Shown: piece after piece, positions 30,725 through 40,729 of the stretch
Position numbering within the stretch: the first letter of the stretch is position 1
How the letters are laid out: each line of letters opens with the position of its first letter
NCBI GenBank assembly: GCA_963755025.1
Contig: CAVWIH010000014.1
Coordinates: 96,001 to 160,000 of the forward strand
Direction: 5' to 3'
Origin: an uncultured Actinomycetes bacterium
GTDB lineage: Bacteria > Actinomycetota > Thermoleophilia > UBA2241
Length of the DNA stretch: 64,000 nt
The notes under the pieces: generated by a model
What the model was told of the DNA's origin: nothing
The model's input: only the letters and a program-made list of their open reading frames with translations
The model's database searches: none
Translations under genes and position numbers: made by a program

Positions 30725-32084
30725 CCGCAAGCTCCAGCGCTCGCTCACCCACGGCTTCCGCCTGCCGCGCGACCGCTACCGCCGGGTGGCGGGCTGGCTC
30801 GACAACACCACAGGCGGCGGCGGCCTCATCCGTCGCGAGCTGCGCCACATCTTCCCCGACGACTGGTCGTTCTTCTTTGGCGAGATCGCCCTGTACTGCT
30901 TCGTCGTCCTGATCGCCACGGGCGTCTACCTGTGCCTGTTCTTCAAGGCCTCCGCGGCGCCCACCGTCTACCTGGGCAGCTACCGGCCGCTGCACGGGGT
31001 CGGCGTGTCCGAGGCCTACAACTCGGTGCTGCGCCTGAGCTTCGATACGCGCGCCGGCCTCGTCATACGCCAGGTGCACCACTGGGCCGCCCTGATCTTC
31101 GCCGCCGCGCTCGCCCTGCACCTCTTCCGCATGTTCTTCACCGGCGCCTACCGCCGGCCGCGGCGCCTCAACTGGGTGATCGGGCTGAGCCTGCTGAGCC
31201 TGGTCTTCGTCAACGGCGTGTTCGGCTACTCGCTGCCCGACGACCTGCTGTCGGGCACCGGCCTGCGGATCGCCTACTCGATCACGCAGTCGATGCCGCT
31301 CATTGGCCCGAACCTCGCCTCGCTGCTGTTCGGCGGCGACTTTCCCTCTACCGGGCTGATCCCGCGCATCTACGCGGCGCACATCCTGCTGGTGCCGGGA
31401 GCCATCGCCGGACTGCTCGGCGCGCACATGGCCATGCTCTGGATCCAGCGCCACACGCAGTACCGCGGCGCCGGCCGCAGCGACCGGGTCATCGTCGGCA
31501 CGCCCATGGTGCCGGCCTACGCGCTGCGCACCACCGGCTTTCTGCTGCTGCTCACCGGCATGCTCACGGCGCTGGGCGGTTTCTTCCAGATCAACCCGGT
31601 CTGGCTCTACGGCCCCTACCACCCGTGGGACTCGACGAGCTTCGCGCAGCCCGACTGGTACACGGGCTGGCTCGAGGGCGCGGTGCGCATGACCCCGGCC
31701 TGGGACATCCACATCGGCGGCTTCCTGCTGCCCGGGCTGTTCTGGCCGGCGGCCCTGCTGCCCGGCGTCATCGCCGGCTTCCTCTTCATGTGGCCGTGGC
31801 TCGACGCCGTGGTGCTGCGCGACAACGACATCCACAACGTGCTGCAGACGCCGCGCGACCGTCCCGGGCGCACGGCCATCGGCGCCGGCATCCTGACCTT
31901 CCTCATCATGCTGCTGGTGGCGGGCGGCGACGACGTGTTCGCGGCCACCTTCCACTGGCACCTGCCGACGCTCCTCGCCGTCATGCAGGGGCTCACGCTC
32001 GGCCTGCCCTTCGTGATCGGCGGCCTCGCCTACGCCGTCTTCCGCCACCGTCATGCGGCCGTCGCCGACGAGGTCACTCCGTGA
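30717..32084 (+). CDS. qcrB: Cytochrome bcc complex cytochrome b subunit
   Basis: FPDDWSFFFGEIALY, RQVHHWAA, HLFRMFFTGAYRRPR, GYSLPDDLLSG, heme His in AAHI and GAHM, Qo motif QPDWY. Confidence 0.93.
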   Translation: MPDRKLQRSLTHGFRLPRDRYRRVAGWLDNTTGGGGLIRRELRHIFPDDWSFFFGEIALYCFVVLIATGVYLCLFFKASAAPTVYLGSYRPLHGVGVSEAYNSVLRLSFDTRAGLVIRQVHHWAALIFAAALALHLFRMFFTGAYRRPRRLNWVIGLSLLSLVFVNGVFGYSLPDDLLSGTGLRIAYSITQSMPLIGPNLASLLFGGDFPSTGLIPRIYAAHILLVPGAIAGLLGAHMAMLWIQRHTQYRGAGRSDRVIVGTPMVPAYALRTTGFLLLLTGMLTALGGFFQINPVWLYGPYHPWDSTSFAQPDWYTGWLEGAVRMTPAWDIHIGGFLLPGLFWPAALLPGVIAGFLFMWPWLDAVVLRDNDIHNVLQTPRDRPGRTAIGAGILTFLIMLLVAGGDDVFAATFHWHLPTLLAVMQGLTLGLPFVIGGLAYAVFRHRHAAVADEVTP

Positions 32085-32989
32085 GCTGGGTGGCCACAGC
32101 AGGCCTCGGTCGCCGGCCGGTCACGGTGGGCGCCGCGCGCGGCGCCCTGGTGCTGCGCGTCGCCAAACCGCGCATCGTGGCGCTGTTCGCCCTGACCGTG
32201 CTGGTGGCGACCCTGCTCGCCGGCCCTGTGGGGGTGCTCCTCACCGCCGCCATCGTGGCGTCGTCGGCCCTCACGGTCGCCGGCGCCGCCGCGCTCAACA
32301 ACTACCTTGAACGCGACCTCGACGCCCGCATGGCGCGTACGCTCCGCCGGCCCACGGCGAGCGGCGCGCTCGCGCCGCGCGCCGCGCTCACGGCCGGGTT
32401 GCTCGCCACCGGCGGCGGCGTGGCCGCGGTCTGGGCCTGCGGCGGCCCGGCGGCGGCGGCCTTCGCGGCAGGCGGCGCCTTCTACTACGTGGTCGTCTAC
32501 ACGCTGCTCATCAAGCCGCGCACCGTGTTCAGCTCGCTGCCGGGCGGTCTCACCGGCGTGTTCCCCGCCCTGATCGGCTGGACGGCGGCCGGCGGCGGCC
32601 TGTCGGGACGCATCGTCTTCGCGTGCGCGCTGATCGCGGTCTGGTCGCCGCCCCACTTCTGGGCGCTGTCGTACGCCCTCTCCGACGAGTACGTGGCCTC
32701 GGGCATCCCCACGCCCGCCGTAGCCCTCGGTGAGCGCGCGGCGACGCGCCTGATCTTCGCGGCCGGCGCCGTCCTGGTCGCCCTCTCGCTGGCGCCGAGC
32801 GTCGCCGGTCTCTACCCGCCCACCTTCCTGGTGACGGCGGTGCCCGCGGGTGTCGCCCTGCTGGCCGTGGCCGGCACGCTCGCGCTGCGGCGCGACAGGG
32901 CGACGGCCCTGCTGCTGCACAAGCTCTCGGGGCCCTACCTCGCCGCCCTGCTCGTCGCGATGGTGATCGAAAGGCTGGCGCGACCATGA
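32081..32989 (+). CDS. ctaB: Protoheme IX farnesyltransferase (heme O synthase)
   Basis: KPRIV, NNYLERDLDARMARTLRRP, YTLLIKPRT, WSPPHFWAL, DEY. Confidence 0.9.
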   Translation: MSWVATAGLGRRPVTVGAARGALVLRVAKPRIVALFALTVLVATLLAGPVGVLLTAAIVASSALTVAGAAALNNYLERDLDARMARTLRRPTASGALAPRAALTAGLLATGGGVAAVWACGGPAAAAFAAGGAFYYVVVYTLLIKPRTVFSSLPGGLTGVFPALIGWTAAGGGLSGRIVFACALIAVWSPPHFWALSYALSDEYVASGIPTPAVALGERAATRLIFAAGAVLVALSLAPSVAGLYPPTFLVTAVPAGVALLAVAGTLALRRDRATALLLHKLSGPYLAALLVAMVIERLARP

Positions 32990-33011
32990 CCGGCGGGAGG
33001 GAGGAGCACTC

Positions 33012-34034
33012 ATGACCGAGGACAAGCGGACCAACCGGCACACAGGGCGCACCATCGTGCTGCGCGCGCTGTTCCTCGTCGCCGTCGCCGGCGGCCTCGC
33101 GGGCTGCTCCAGCCACTCGCCGAGCATGTTCCAGACACGCAGCGCCGGCGCCCACGACATCGCCGTACTCACCTATACGATGTTTGCCATCCTGAGCCTG
33201 GTGCTGATCACGGTCTGGTCACTTCTTGCCTACATCATCGTTCGGTTTCGCAAGCGACCCGAGTCCGAGGCCAGTCGCACGAGGGGGAACATGACCATCG
33301 AGGTGCTCTGGACGGCGATTCCAGCAATCATCGTCGCCGTCCTGTTCGCCCTCACCATGCAGACTACAGGCAAGCTCATCGGGGGACCGGACGCCGTCGA
33401 CCTCACGGTCACCGGCCACCAGTGGTGGTGGCAGGTCAAGTATGCCGGCGCAGACTTCGAGACCGCCAACGAGATCCACCTGCCGTCCGGTACCGCGATC
33501 ACGGCGGACCTGCTGTCCGCCGACGTCATTCACCAGTTCTCGTGTCCGCAGGTCACCGGCAAGGTGCAGATGATCCCCGGCACGGTGAACCACGTGAGTT
33601 TCTTGCCGATCCGCGCCGGCACGTACCTCGGTGTGTGTGCGCAGTTCTGCGGCGTCCAGCACGCCCACATGCACTTTCTGTTGATCGTGCAGCCGCAGGC
33701 GGAGTTCACGACGTGGTTCGACAATCAGATGAAGCCGGCGGTCAAACCGACGGGGCCGCCGGCCATCGCCGGCGCCACCGCCATGACCGGCCTGCCGTGC
33801 TCGAGCTGCCATACCATCCGCGGGACCAGCCTGACTGGCACCTATGGTCCCGACCTGACTCACCTGGCAAGCCGCACCTCGATCGCCGCCGTGACCCTGT
33901 CGAACACGCCCGCGAACCTGCGGCGCTGGATCGCCGACCCGAACGACGTCAAGCCAGGCGTGCTCATGCCGACCGTGCCGGTCACACCGCAGACGCTCGA
34001 TGAAATAGTCGCCTACCTGGAAGAGCTGAAATGA
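33012..34034 (+). CDS. ctaC: Cytochrome c oxidase subunit II (lipoprotein, CuA) with a C-terminal cytochrome c domain
   Basis: Lipobox LAGC, EVLWTAIP, GHQWWW, DVIH, CAQFCGVQHAHM, CSSCH...GPDLTH...KPGVLMP. Confidence 0.92.
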   Translation: MTEDKRTNRHTGRTIVLRALFLVAVAGGLAGCSSHSPSMFQTRSAGAHDIAVLTYTMFAILSLVLITVWSLLAYIIVRFRKRPESEASRTRGNMTIEVLWTAIPAIIVAVLFALTMQTTGKLIGGPDAVDLTVTGHQWWWQVKYAGADFETANEIHLPSGTAITADLLSADVIHQFSCPQVTGKVQMIPGTVNHVSFLPIRAGTYLGVCAQFCGVQHAHMHFLLIVQPQAEFTTWFDNQMKPAVKPTGPPAIAGATAMTGLPCSSCHTIRGTSLTGTYGPDLTHLASRTSIAAVTLSNTPANLRRWIADPNDVKPGVLMPTVPVTPQTLDEIVAYLEELK

Positions 34035-36499
34035 CCGACGTCACCCTCCCCCGCGACTTCGCGTACGCCCGCAGCGAGCCGCACGGCCTCGCCGCTTGGC
34101 TCATGGGCACCGACCACAAGCACGTCGGCCTCCAATATATGGCGACCTCGCTCGTGTTCTTCTGTATCGGGGCGGCCATCGCCATCACGATGCGCACCCA
34201 GACTATCGTGCCCGGCATGAAGTTGCTCTCCCCAGAAGCCTACAACCGGGCCTTCTCGGTCCACGGCACGACCATGATCTTCCTGTTTGCCATGCCCGTC
34301 CTGATCGGTTTTGCCAACTACATCGTGCCACTTCAAATCGGTGCCCGCGACATGGCCTTCCCGCGTCTGAACGCGCTCAGCTATTGGCTGTTCTTGTTCG
34401 GCGGCCTCCTCTTGTACTCGGGCTTTCTTTACGGCGGCGTGCTCGACACCGGCTGGTTCAGCTACGCCCCGCTCACTGAACGAGCCTTTTCGCCCCACGA
34501 CGGGGTCAGCGTCTGGATCGTAGCGCTCACCATGCTCGGCATCTCTTCGGTGGCCGGCGCCATTAACTTCATCATGACGATGATACGGCTGCGTGCTCCC
34601 GGCATGAGCTGGCTGCGCATGCCGCTCTTCTGCCAAGCGACGTTCGTCAACTCATTCCTCATCCTGTTCGCCTTTCCCAGCCTCACGGCGGCGGTGGGCT
34701 TGCTCTATCTTGACCGCTTCTACCACACGGGCTGGTACAACCCCGCGCGCGGCGGCGACCCGATCATCTGGGAACACCTGTTCTGGTTCTTCGGCCACCC
34801 CGAGGTCTACATCCTCATTCTGCCGGCCTTCGGCATGATGAGTGAGATTGTGCCGATTTTCTCGCGCAAGCCGCTGTTCGGCCGAACGGCCATGATCATC
34901 AGCATCCTGGTCATCGGCTTTCTGAGCTTTCTCGTGTGGGCCCATCACATGTTCACGGCCGGCCTGCCGACCTACTTCAACACCTTCATGGCGGCCACCA
35001 GCATGCTGATCGCCATCCCGACCGGCGTGAAGATCTTCAACTGGCTGGCGACCATGTGGGGCGGCTCTCTGCGCTTTAAGACGCCCTTCCTATTTGCGTG
35101 CGGCATGATCGCCTTTTTTACGATCGGCGGCATCAGCGGCGTGCTGCAAGCCTCAGTTCCCTTCGACTGGCAGGTCAACCAGACGATGTTCATCGTTGCT
35201 CACCTGCACAACGTGCTGTTCGGGGGCACTGCCTTCATCGCCTTCGCCGCCGTCTACTACTGGTTCCCGAAGATGACCGGCCGCATGCTGTCAGACCGCC
35301 TGGGCAAATGGCACTTCTGGGTCATCTCGGTGGGCTTTCTGATGACCTTCATGCCGATGTACGGCCTCGGTCTTCTCGGCATGCCCCGCCACCAGTACAC
35401 CTACGCGGGCGATCTTGGCTGGAGCACGCTCGAGCTGATTTCCGGTGTCGGCGCCTACATCATCGGCGCCGGGATCGTCATCTTCATCGTCAACATCGTG
35501 CGCTCGCTGCTGGCCGGCGAGCCGGCCGGCGGCGACCCCTGGGATGCATGGACCCTCGAGTGGGCGACGAGCTCACCGCCGCCGCACGGCAATTTCGCCA
35601 CGTTGCCGGCCGTGGAGAGCGATCTGCCGCTCTGGGACATCAAGCACCCCGGCGAGCCGCTGGCACATATCGCCAGCGACAGGGGATCCGTCAATGAGGT
35701 GCCCGCCGAGGTGGCGGCGGTCCACGCCGAGCCTGCGCACGCCGACCACTGGACCAAGCTGCCTCTCCTGACCGCGATCGCCGTCCTTGTCGTGGGGATC
35801 GGCCTGCTTACCAGCTTGCTCGTATCGGTGCTCGGCATCGCGCTGCTCTTGATCCTTGCCGGCCTATGGATGTCGGCGCGCTGGACCGTGCCCGAACCGC
35901 CGGTCATGCCCCGGCAGCGGTTCACGGCGCTCGGCTCCGGCATCCTGCTGTTGGTCGGCTCGGAAACGGTCCTGTTCGGTGCGCTCGTCGGCGCCGACCT
36001 GCATCTGCGGGTCCACGGCAGCCTGACCCTGGGCATCCACGGCCGGCTGCCGACCACGCTGCCGATCGTCAACACTGTCATCCTCATGACCAGCGGGGTC
36101 GCCGCCCACTACGCTCTGACGAGCTACCGCAAGGGCCGGTTGGCCTGGTTCCGCGCCTACATTACGGCGACTGTCATCCTTGGCATCGCGTTTCTGAGCG
36201 GACAAGCCTGGGAGTACACGCATGCCGGATTCGGACTGTCGAGCGGGCTGACCGGAGAATCATTCTTCACGCTGACTGGTCTCCACGGCGCTCACGTCAT
36301 CGTCGGCATCCTGCTGCTCGTCTACCTGATGGTCCGTGCAGCCCACGACGGCCGGCGGCGACCGACCGAAGCAACCGGCGCCGCCGGCGCGATCGCCCGC
36401 GGCACCGGCACCGCCGGCATGGTCGAAGCGGCCGTCTACTACTGGCACTTCGTCGACGCCGTCTGGGTGGTCATCTTCGTCGTGGTCTACCTGCTATGA
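34031..36499 (+). CDS. ctaD: Heme-copper oxidase subunit I fused to a subunit III domain (A1 type)
   Basis: [44 protein letters not shown]; C-terminal [39 protein letters not shown]. Confidence 0.92.
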   Translation: MTDVTLPRDFAYARSEPHGLAAWLMGTDHKHVGLQYMATSLVFFCIGAAIAITMRTQTIVPGMKLLSPEAYNRAFSVHGTTMIFLFAMPVLIGFANYIVPLQIGARDMAFPRLNALSYWLFLFGGLLLYSGFLYGGVLDTGWFSYAPLTERAFSPHDGVSVWIVALTMLGISSVAGAINFIMTMIRLRAPGMSWLRMPLFCQATFVNSFLILFAFPSLTAAVGLLYLDRFYHTGWYNPARGGDPIIWEHLFWFFGHPEVYILILPAFGMMSEIVPIFSRKPLFGRTAMIISILVIGFLSFLVWAHHMFTAGLPTYFNTFMAATSMLIAIPTGVKIFNWLATMWGGSLRFKTPFLFACGMIAFFTIGGISGVLQASVPFDWQVNQTMFIVAHLHNVLFGGTAFIAFAAVYYWFPKMTGRMLSDRLGKWHFWVISVGFLMTFMPMYGLGLLGMPRHQYTYAGDLGWSTLELISGVGAYIIGAGIVIFIVNIVRSLLAGEPAGGDPWDAWTLEWATSSPPPHGNFATLPAVESDLPLWDIKHPGEPLAHIASDRGSVNEVPAEVAAVHAEPAHADHWTKLPLLTAIAVLVVGIGLLTSLLVSVLGIALLLILAGLWMSARWTVPEPPVMPRQRFTALGSGILLLVGSETVLFGALVGADLHLRVHGSLTLGIHGRLPTTLPIVNTVILMTSGVAAHYALTSYRKGRLAWFRAYITATVILGIAFLSGQAWEYTHAGFGLSSGLTGESFFTLTGLHGAHVIVGILLLVYLMVRAAHDGRRRPTEATGAAGAIARGTGTAGMVEAAVYYWHFVDAVWVVIFVVVYLL

Positions 36500-37158
36500 A
36501 GCGCCCCGACGACAACCACGGCCGACGCCTCGGCGGCCCGTCGCAGACGGCGCTCGCCCTGAGCGGCCTGGCCCAGGCGCCGACCGACCTGATCGCCGAC
36601 CGTCCGCCCACGGCTTTCGGCAGCCTGCAGTCGCTGGTCGCCTGGGGCCGCAAGAACTCCATGTGGCCCTTCAACTTCGGCCTCTCGTGCTGCTTCGTCG
36701 AGCTCGCCACGACCGTCACGCCGCGTTACGACATAGCCCGCTTCGGCGCCGAGATCCTGCGCATCTCGCCGCGCGAGGCCGACGTCATGGTCGTCGCCGG
36801 CACCGTCTTTCTGAAGATGGCGCCCATCGTGCAGCGCCTCTACGAGCAGATGATGGAGCCGCGCTGGGTGATCTCGATGGGCTCCTGCGCCAACTCGGGC
36901 GGCATGTACGACGTCTACAGCGTGGTGCAGGGCGTCGATTCGTTCCTGCCGGTCGACGTGTACGTGCCGGGCTGCCCGCCCTCGCCGACCACCTTCATGG
37001 AGGGCCTCCTGCTGCTGCAGGCCGCGGTGGCCACCGAGGAGCGCCCCCTGTCGTGGGTCGTGGGACCGCAGGGCGTACAGCGCGTGCCGAGGGTGTCGAT
37101 GCGCGACCTCAAGCGGCCGAGCCGCGCCCTGGCCACGGAACTGTCGCTCTCAGGGTGA
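36496..37158 (+). CDS. nuoB: NADH-quinone oxidoreductase subunit B
   Basis: [37 protein letters not shown]. Confidence 0.95.
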   Translation: MKRPDDNHGRRLGGPSQTALALSGLAQAPTDLIADRPPTAFGSLQSLVAWGRKNSMWPFNFGLSCCFVELATTVTPRYDIARFGAEILRISPREADVMVVAGTVFLKMAPIVQRLYEQMMEPRWVISMGSCANSGGMYDVYSVVQGVDSFLPVDVYVPGCPPSPTTFMEGLLLLQAAVATEERPLSWVVGPQGVQRVPRVSMRDLKRPSRALATELSLSG

Positions 37159-37170
37159 GGTGTAGGCGCC

Positions 37171-38931
37171 GTGAGCGTGGCACACGAGACGGTCGGCGTG
37201 GTCGGTGAGCTCGAGGCCCGGTTCCCGGACCTCGAGCTCACCGTGCAGCCAACCGCCGACGAGATCCCCACCGTCTGGGTGCCGCGCGACCGCGCGCGTG
37301 ACGTCGTGGCCCACTTGAAGAGCGAGGCCGCGACGACCTACCCCATGCTCTACGACCTGACCGCCATCGACGAGCGCGTGCGCGTGCACCGCGAGGGCCA
37401 GCCGGCCAGCGACTTCACGCTCGTCTACCACCTGCTCTCGCTCGAGCACAACCGCGACGTGCGGCTCAAGGTCGCCCTGCAGGGCGAGGCGCCCTCGCTG
37501 CCCACGGTCACCGGCGTGTTCCCGGCCGCCGCCTGGTACGAGCGCGAGGTCTGGGACATGTTCGGCGTGGGCTTCGACGGCCTGCCCGAGCGGCCGCGGA
37601 TCCTCATGCCCCCCTGGTGGCAAGGCCACCCGCTGCGTAAGGAATCGGCCGCGCGCGCCACCGAGATCGGCCGCCTGGTCATGCCGCCCGAGCGCGCCGC
37701 CGAGTGGCAGGACATGCTCGCCTTCCGCCCCGAGGAGTGGGGCCTCGAGGAGCTCGCCGACGACCCCGAGATCATGTTCCTGAACGTCGGCCCGCACCAC
37801 GGCGGCACGCACGGCGTCGTGCACATCGTGGTCGGCCTGCGCGACGAAGAGATCGTCTCGTGCCTCGTCGACATCGGCTACCACCACCGCGGCGCCGAGA
37901 AGATCGGCGAGCGCCAGACCTGGCACACCTTCATCCCCTACACCGACCGCGTCGACTACACCGGCGGCGTCGTCAACAACCTCGCCTATCTCATGTCGGC
38001 CGAACGGCTCGCCGGGCTCGAGGTGCCGGAGCGCGCCCAGGTCATCCGCGTCATGCTCGCCGAGCTCTACCGCGTGAACAGCCACCTGCTGTTCTACGGC
38101 ACCTTCGCGCAGGACATCGGCGCCCTCTCGCCCGTCTTCTACATGTTCAGCGACCGCGAGCGCATCCACGACATCACCGGCGCCATCACGGGCGGCCGCA
38201 TGCACCCCGGCTGGTTCCGCCTGGGCGGCGTGGCCGAAGACCTGCCCGCCGGCTGGGAGCAGCTCGTCGCCGACTTCCTCGACTACCTGCCGCCGCGCCT
38301 GGCCGAGTACGACGCCCTGGTGCTGGGCAGCCGCATCACCAAGGCGCGGGCCAAGGGCGTCGGCCCGCTCAGCGAGCGCGACGCCATCGAGTGGGGCATC
38401 ACCGGCCCCAACCTGCGCGCCGCCGGTCTGTCGTGGGACGTGCGCAAAAAGCGCCCCTACTCGGGCTACGAGCGCTTCGAGTTCGACGTGCCGACCGCCG
38501 ACCACGGCGACTGCTACGACCGCGTCTGGGTGCGCAGCCAGGAGATCCGCCAGAGCCTGCGCATCATCAGGCAGTGCCTCGAGCAGATGCCGGGCGGCCC
38601 CTACAAGTCGCACCAGCCGCTCGCCACGCCGCCGGTCAAAGAGCCCGGCACCATGCACCACATCGAGACGCTCATCGACCACTTCCTGGGAGTGAGCTGG
38701 GGTCCCGCGCTGCCGCCGGGCGAAGCCTGTCTCGGGATCGAGGCGACCAAGGGCAACAACGGCTACTACCTGGTGAGCGACGGCGCCGAGTGCGCCTACC
38801 GCAACCGCATCCGCACGCCGTCGTTCCCGCTCCTCCAGGCGCTGCCGCTCATGACCGAGCACTTCGAGATCCCCGACCTCATCACGGTCCTGGGCAGCAT
38901 CGACTTCGTGATGGCCGACGTGGACAGGTGA
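37171..38931 (+). CDS. nuoCD: NADH-quinone oxidoreductase fused subunit C/D
   Basis: [60 protein letters not shown]. Confidence 0.95.
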   Translation: MSVAHETVGVVGELEARFPDLELTVQPTADEIPTVWVPRDRARDVVAHLKSEAATTYPMLYDLTAIDERVRVHREGQPASDFTLVYHLLSLEHNRDVRLKVALQGEAPSLPTVTGVFPAAAWYEREVWDMFGVGFDGLPERPRILMPPWWQGHPLRKESAARATEIGRLVMPPERAAEWQDMLAFRPEEWGLEELADDPEIMFLNVGPHHGGTHGVVHIVVGLRDEEIVSCLVDIGYHHRGAEKIGERQTWHTFIPYTDRVDYTGGVVNNLAYLMSAERLAGLEVPERAQVIRVMLAELYRVNSHLLFYGTFAQDIGALSPVFYMFSDRERIHDITGAITGGRMHPGWFRLGGVAEDLPAGWEQLVADFLDYLPPRLAEYDALVLGSRITKARAKGVGPLSERDAIEWGITGPNLRAAGLSWDVRKKRPYSGYERFEFDVPTADHGDCYDRVWVRSQEIRQSLRIIRQCLEQMPGGPYKSHQPLATPPVKEPGTMHHIETLIDHFLGVSWGPALPPGEACLGIEATKGNNGYYLVSDGAECAYRNRIRTPSFPLLQALPLMTEHFEIPDLITVLGSIDFVMADVDR

Positions 38932-38938
38932 CGCCCGC

Positions 38939-39403
38939 ATGCTGACCGACGACGAACGCACAGAGATCGAGGCGACCCTGCACCACTACCCGCACCGCCA
39001 CTCGGCGGCGGCGGGGGCCATGCGCACCGTGCAGCGCCACCGCGGCTGGCTGTCCGACGAGGCCCTGGCCGACATCGGCGAGTTCCTGGGCGTCTCGGTC
39101 GAAGAGCTCGACTCGCGCGCGACCTTCTCGAACATGATCTTCCGGCACCCCGTCGGGCGCCACATCATCCTCATCTGCGACAGCGACTGCTGCTACGTGA
39201 TGGCCTACGAGCAGATGCGCGAGCACATCTCGGCGCGCCTCGGCATCGGGCTCGGTGAGACCACAGCCGACGGGCGCTTCACGTTCCTGCCCATCGTCTG
39301 CCTCGCGCAGTGCGATCACGCCCCGGCCATGCAGATCGACGACGTCTTCTACGGCGATCTCACGCCCGAGCGCATCGACGAGATCCTGGAGCGCTATGAC
39401 TGA
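38939..39403 (+). CDS. nuoE: NADH-quinone oxidoreductase subunit E
   Basis: PVGRH, CDSDCC, CLAQCDHAP (N1a ligands). Confidence 0.93.
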   Translation: MLTDDERTEIEATLHHYPHRHSAAAGAMRTVQRHRGWLSDEALADIGEFLGVSVEELDSRATFSNMIFRHPVGRHIILICDSDCCYVMAYEQMREHISARLGIGLGETTADGRFTFLPIVCLAQCDHAPAMQIDDVFYGDLTPERIDEILERYD

Positions 39404-40727
39404 CCCGACCACGACCGCCTTCACACCCGACGAGCGCCCCCTGACGGCCGCCTTCCGCGCCGACGGGCGCGCTCTCGACCTGGCCGAGTACGAAGCCGCC
39501 GGCGGCTACCAGGCGCTGCGCAAGGCGCTGCGCGAGCTCGCGCCGACCGACGTCACCAAGCTGGTCAGCGACGCCGGGCTGCGCGGCCGCGGCGGCGCCG
39601 GCTACGCCACCGGACGCAAGTGGAGCTTCGTGCCCATGGGCGACGACGCGCCGCCCGTGAAGTACGTGGTCTGCAACGGCGACGAGATGGAGCCCGGCAG
39701 CTTCAAGGACCGGTTCCTGATCGAGGGCAGCCCCCATCTGCTGGTCGAGGGCATGGCCCTGGCCTGCTACGCCATCGGGGCCAGGACGGGCTACATCTTC
39801 GTGCGCGACCAGTACGACAAGCCGCTCGCCCTGCTCACGCGCGCGCTCGCCGAGGCCCGGGCCAAGGGCTACCTGGGCGAGCGCATCCTGGGCAGCGACT
39901 TCAGCCTCGAGATCAACCTGCACGTGAGCATCGGCCGCTACATGTGCGGCGAGGCGTCGGGCATGCTGAACGCCCTGCAGAGCGACCGCGCCAACCCGCG
40001 CTGGCGTCCGCCCCACATGGCCAGCGCCGGCCTGTGGAGCCGCCCGACGGTCATCAACAACGTCGAGTCGCTCTCCTGCCTGCCCGGCATCGTGCGCCTG
40101 GGCCCCGAGCGCTGGCGCGCCCTCGGCCTCACCGACGAGGGCGGCACCCGCATCTGCGGCGTCTCGGGACGCGCCCGGCGCACGGGGGCCTGGGAGTTTC
40201 CGGTCGGCACGCCCATGCGCGAAATGATCGAGCAGTACGCGGGCGGCATGCGCGACGGCTACACGCTGCGCGCCGTGCTGCCGGGCGGCGCGTCGACGCC
40301 CCTCCTCGCGGCCGCCGACATCGACGTCCTCATGGACTTCGACCACATGAAGCGGGCCGGCACCGGCCTGGGTACGGGCACGGCGCTGCTGATCGACGAC
40401 TCGGTCTGCCCGGTCGGGCTGTGCCTCAACCTGCTGCGCTTCTTCGCCCAGGAGTCCTGCGGCTGGTGCACGCCGTGCTGGGCCGGCCTGCCCTGGACCG
40501 TCGACGTCCTGAACGACATCGAACAGGGGCGCGGGCGTCCCGAGCAGCTCGACCTGCTCGTCGAGCAGATGTGGTTCATGGGCGAGCAGATGTGCTTCTG
40601 CGACCTCGCGCCGAGCGCCACCAAGGCGCTGGGCACGGCGCTCAAGCTGTTCCGCGACGACTTCGAGCGCCACATCGACGAGCACCGCTGCAGCTACCGC
40701 ACGGCCGACACGACGGCGAGGCGCTGA
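39396..40727 (+). CDS. nuoF: NADH-quinone oxidoreductase subunit F
   Basis: GLRGRGGAG, NGDEMEPGSFKDR, GRYMCGEA, NNVE, ESCGWCTPC...FC (N3). Confidence 0.93.
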   Translation: MTDPTTTAFTPDERPLTAAFRADGRALDLAEYEAAGGYQALRKALRELAPTDVTKLVSDAGLRGRGGAGYATGRKWSFVPMGDDAPPVKYVVCNGDEMEPGSFKDRFLIEGSPHLLVEGMALACYAIGARTGYIFVRDQYDKPLALLTRALAEARAKGYLGERILGSDFSLEINLHVSIGRYMCGEASGMLNALQSDRANPRWRPPHMASAGLWSRPTVINNVESLSCLPGIVRLGPERWRALGLTDEGGTRICGVSGRARRTGAWEFPVGTPMREMIEQYAGGMRDGYTLRAVLPGGASTPLLAAADIDVLMDFDHMKRAGTGLGTGTALLIDDSVCPVGLCLNLLRFFAQESCGWCTPCWAGLPWTVDVLNDIEQGRGRPEQLDLLVEQMWFMGEQMCFCDLAPSATKALGTALKLFRDDFERHIDEHRCSYRTADTTARR

Positions 40728-40729
40728 CC

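Noticed and set aside
28300-36600. qcr-cta insert as a mobile element
   Set aside because: No transposase, integrase, terminal inverted repeats or target-site duplication visible; the junctions are start/stop overlaps.
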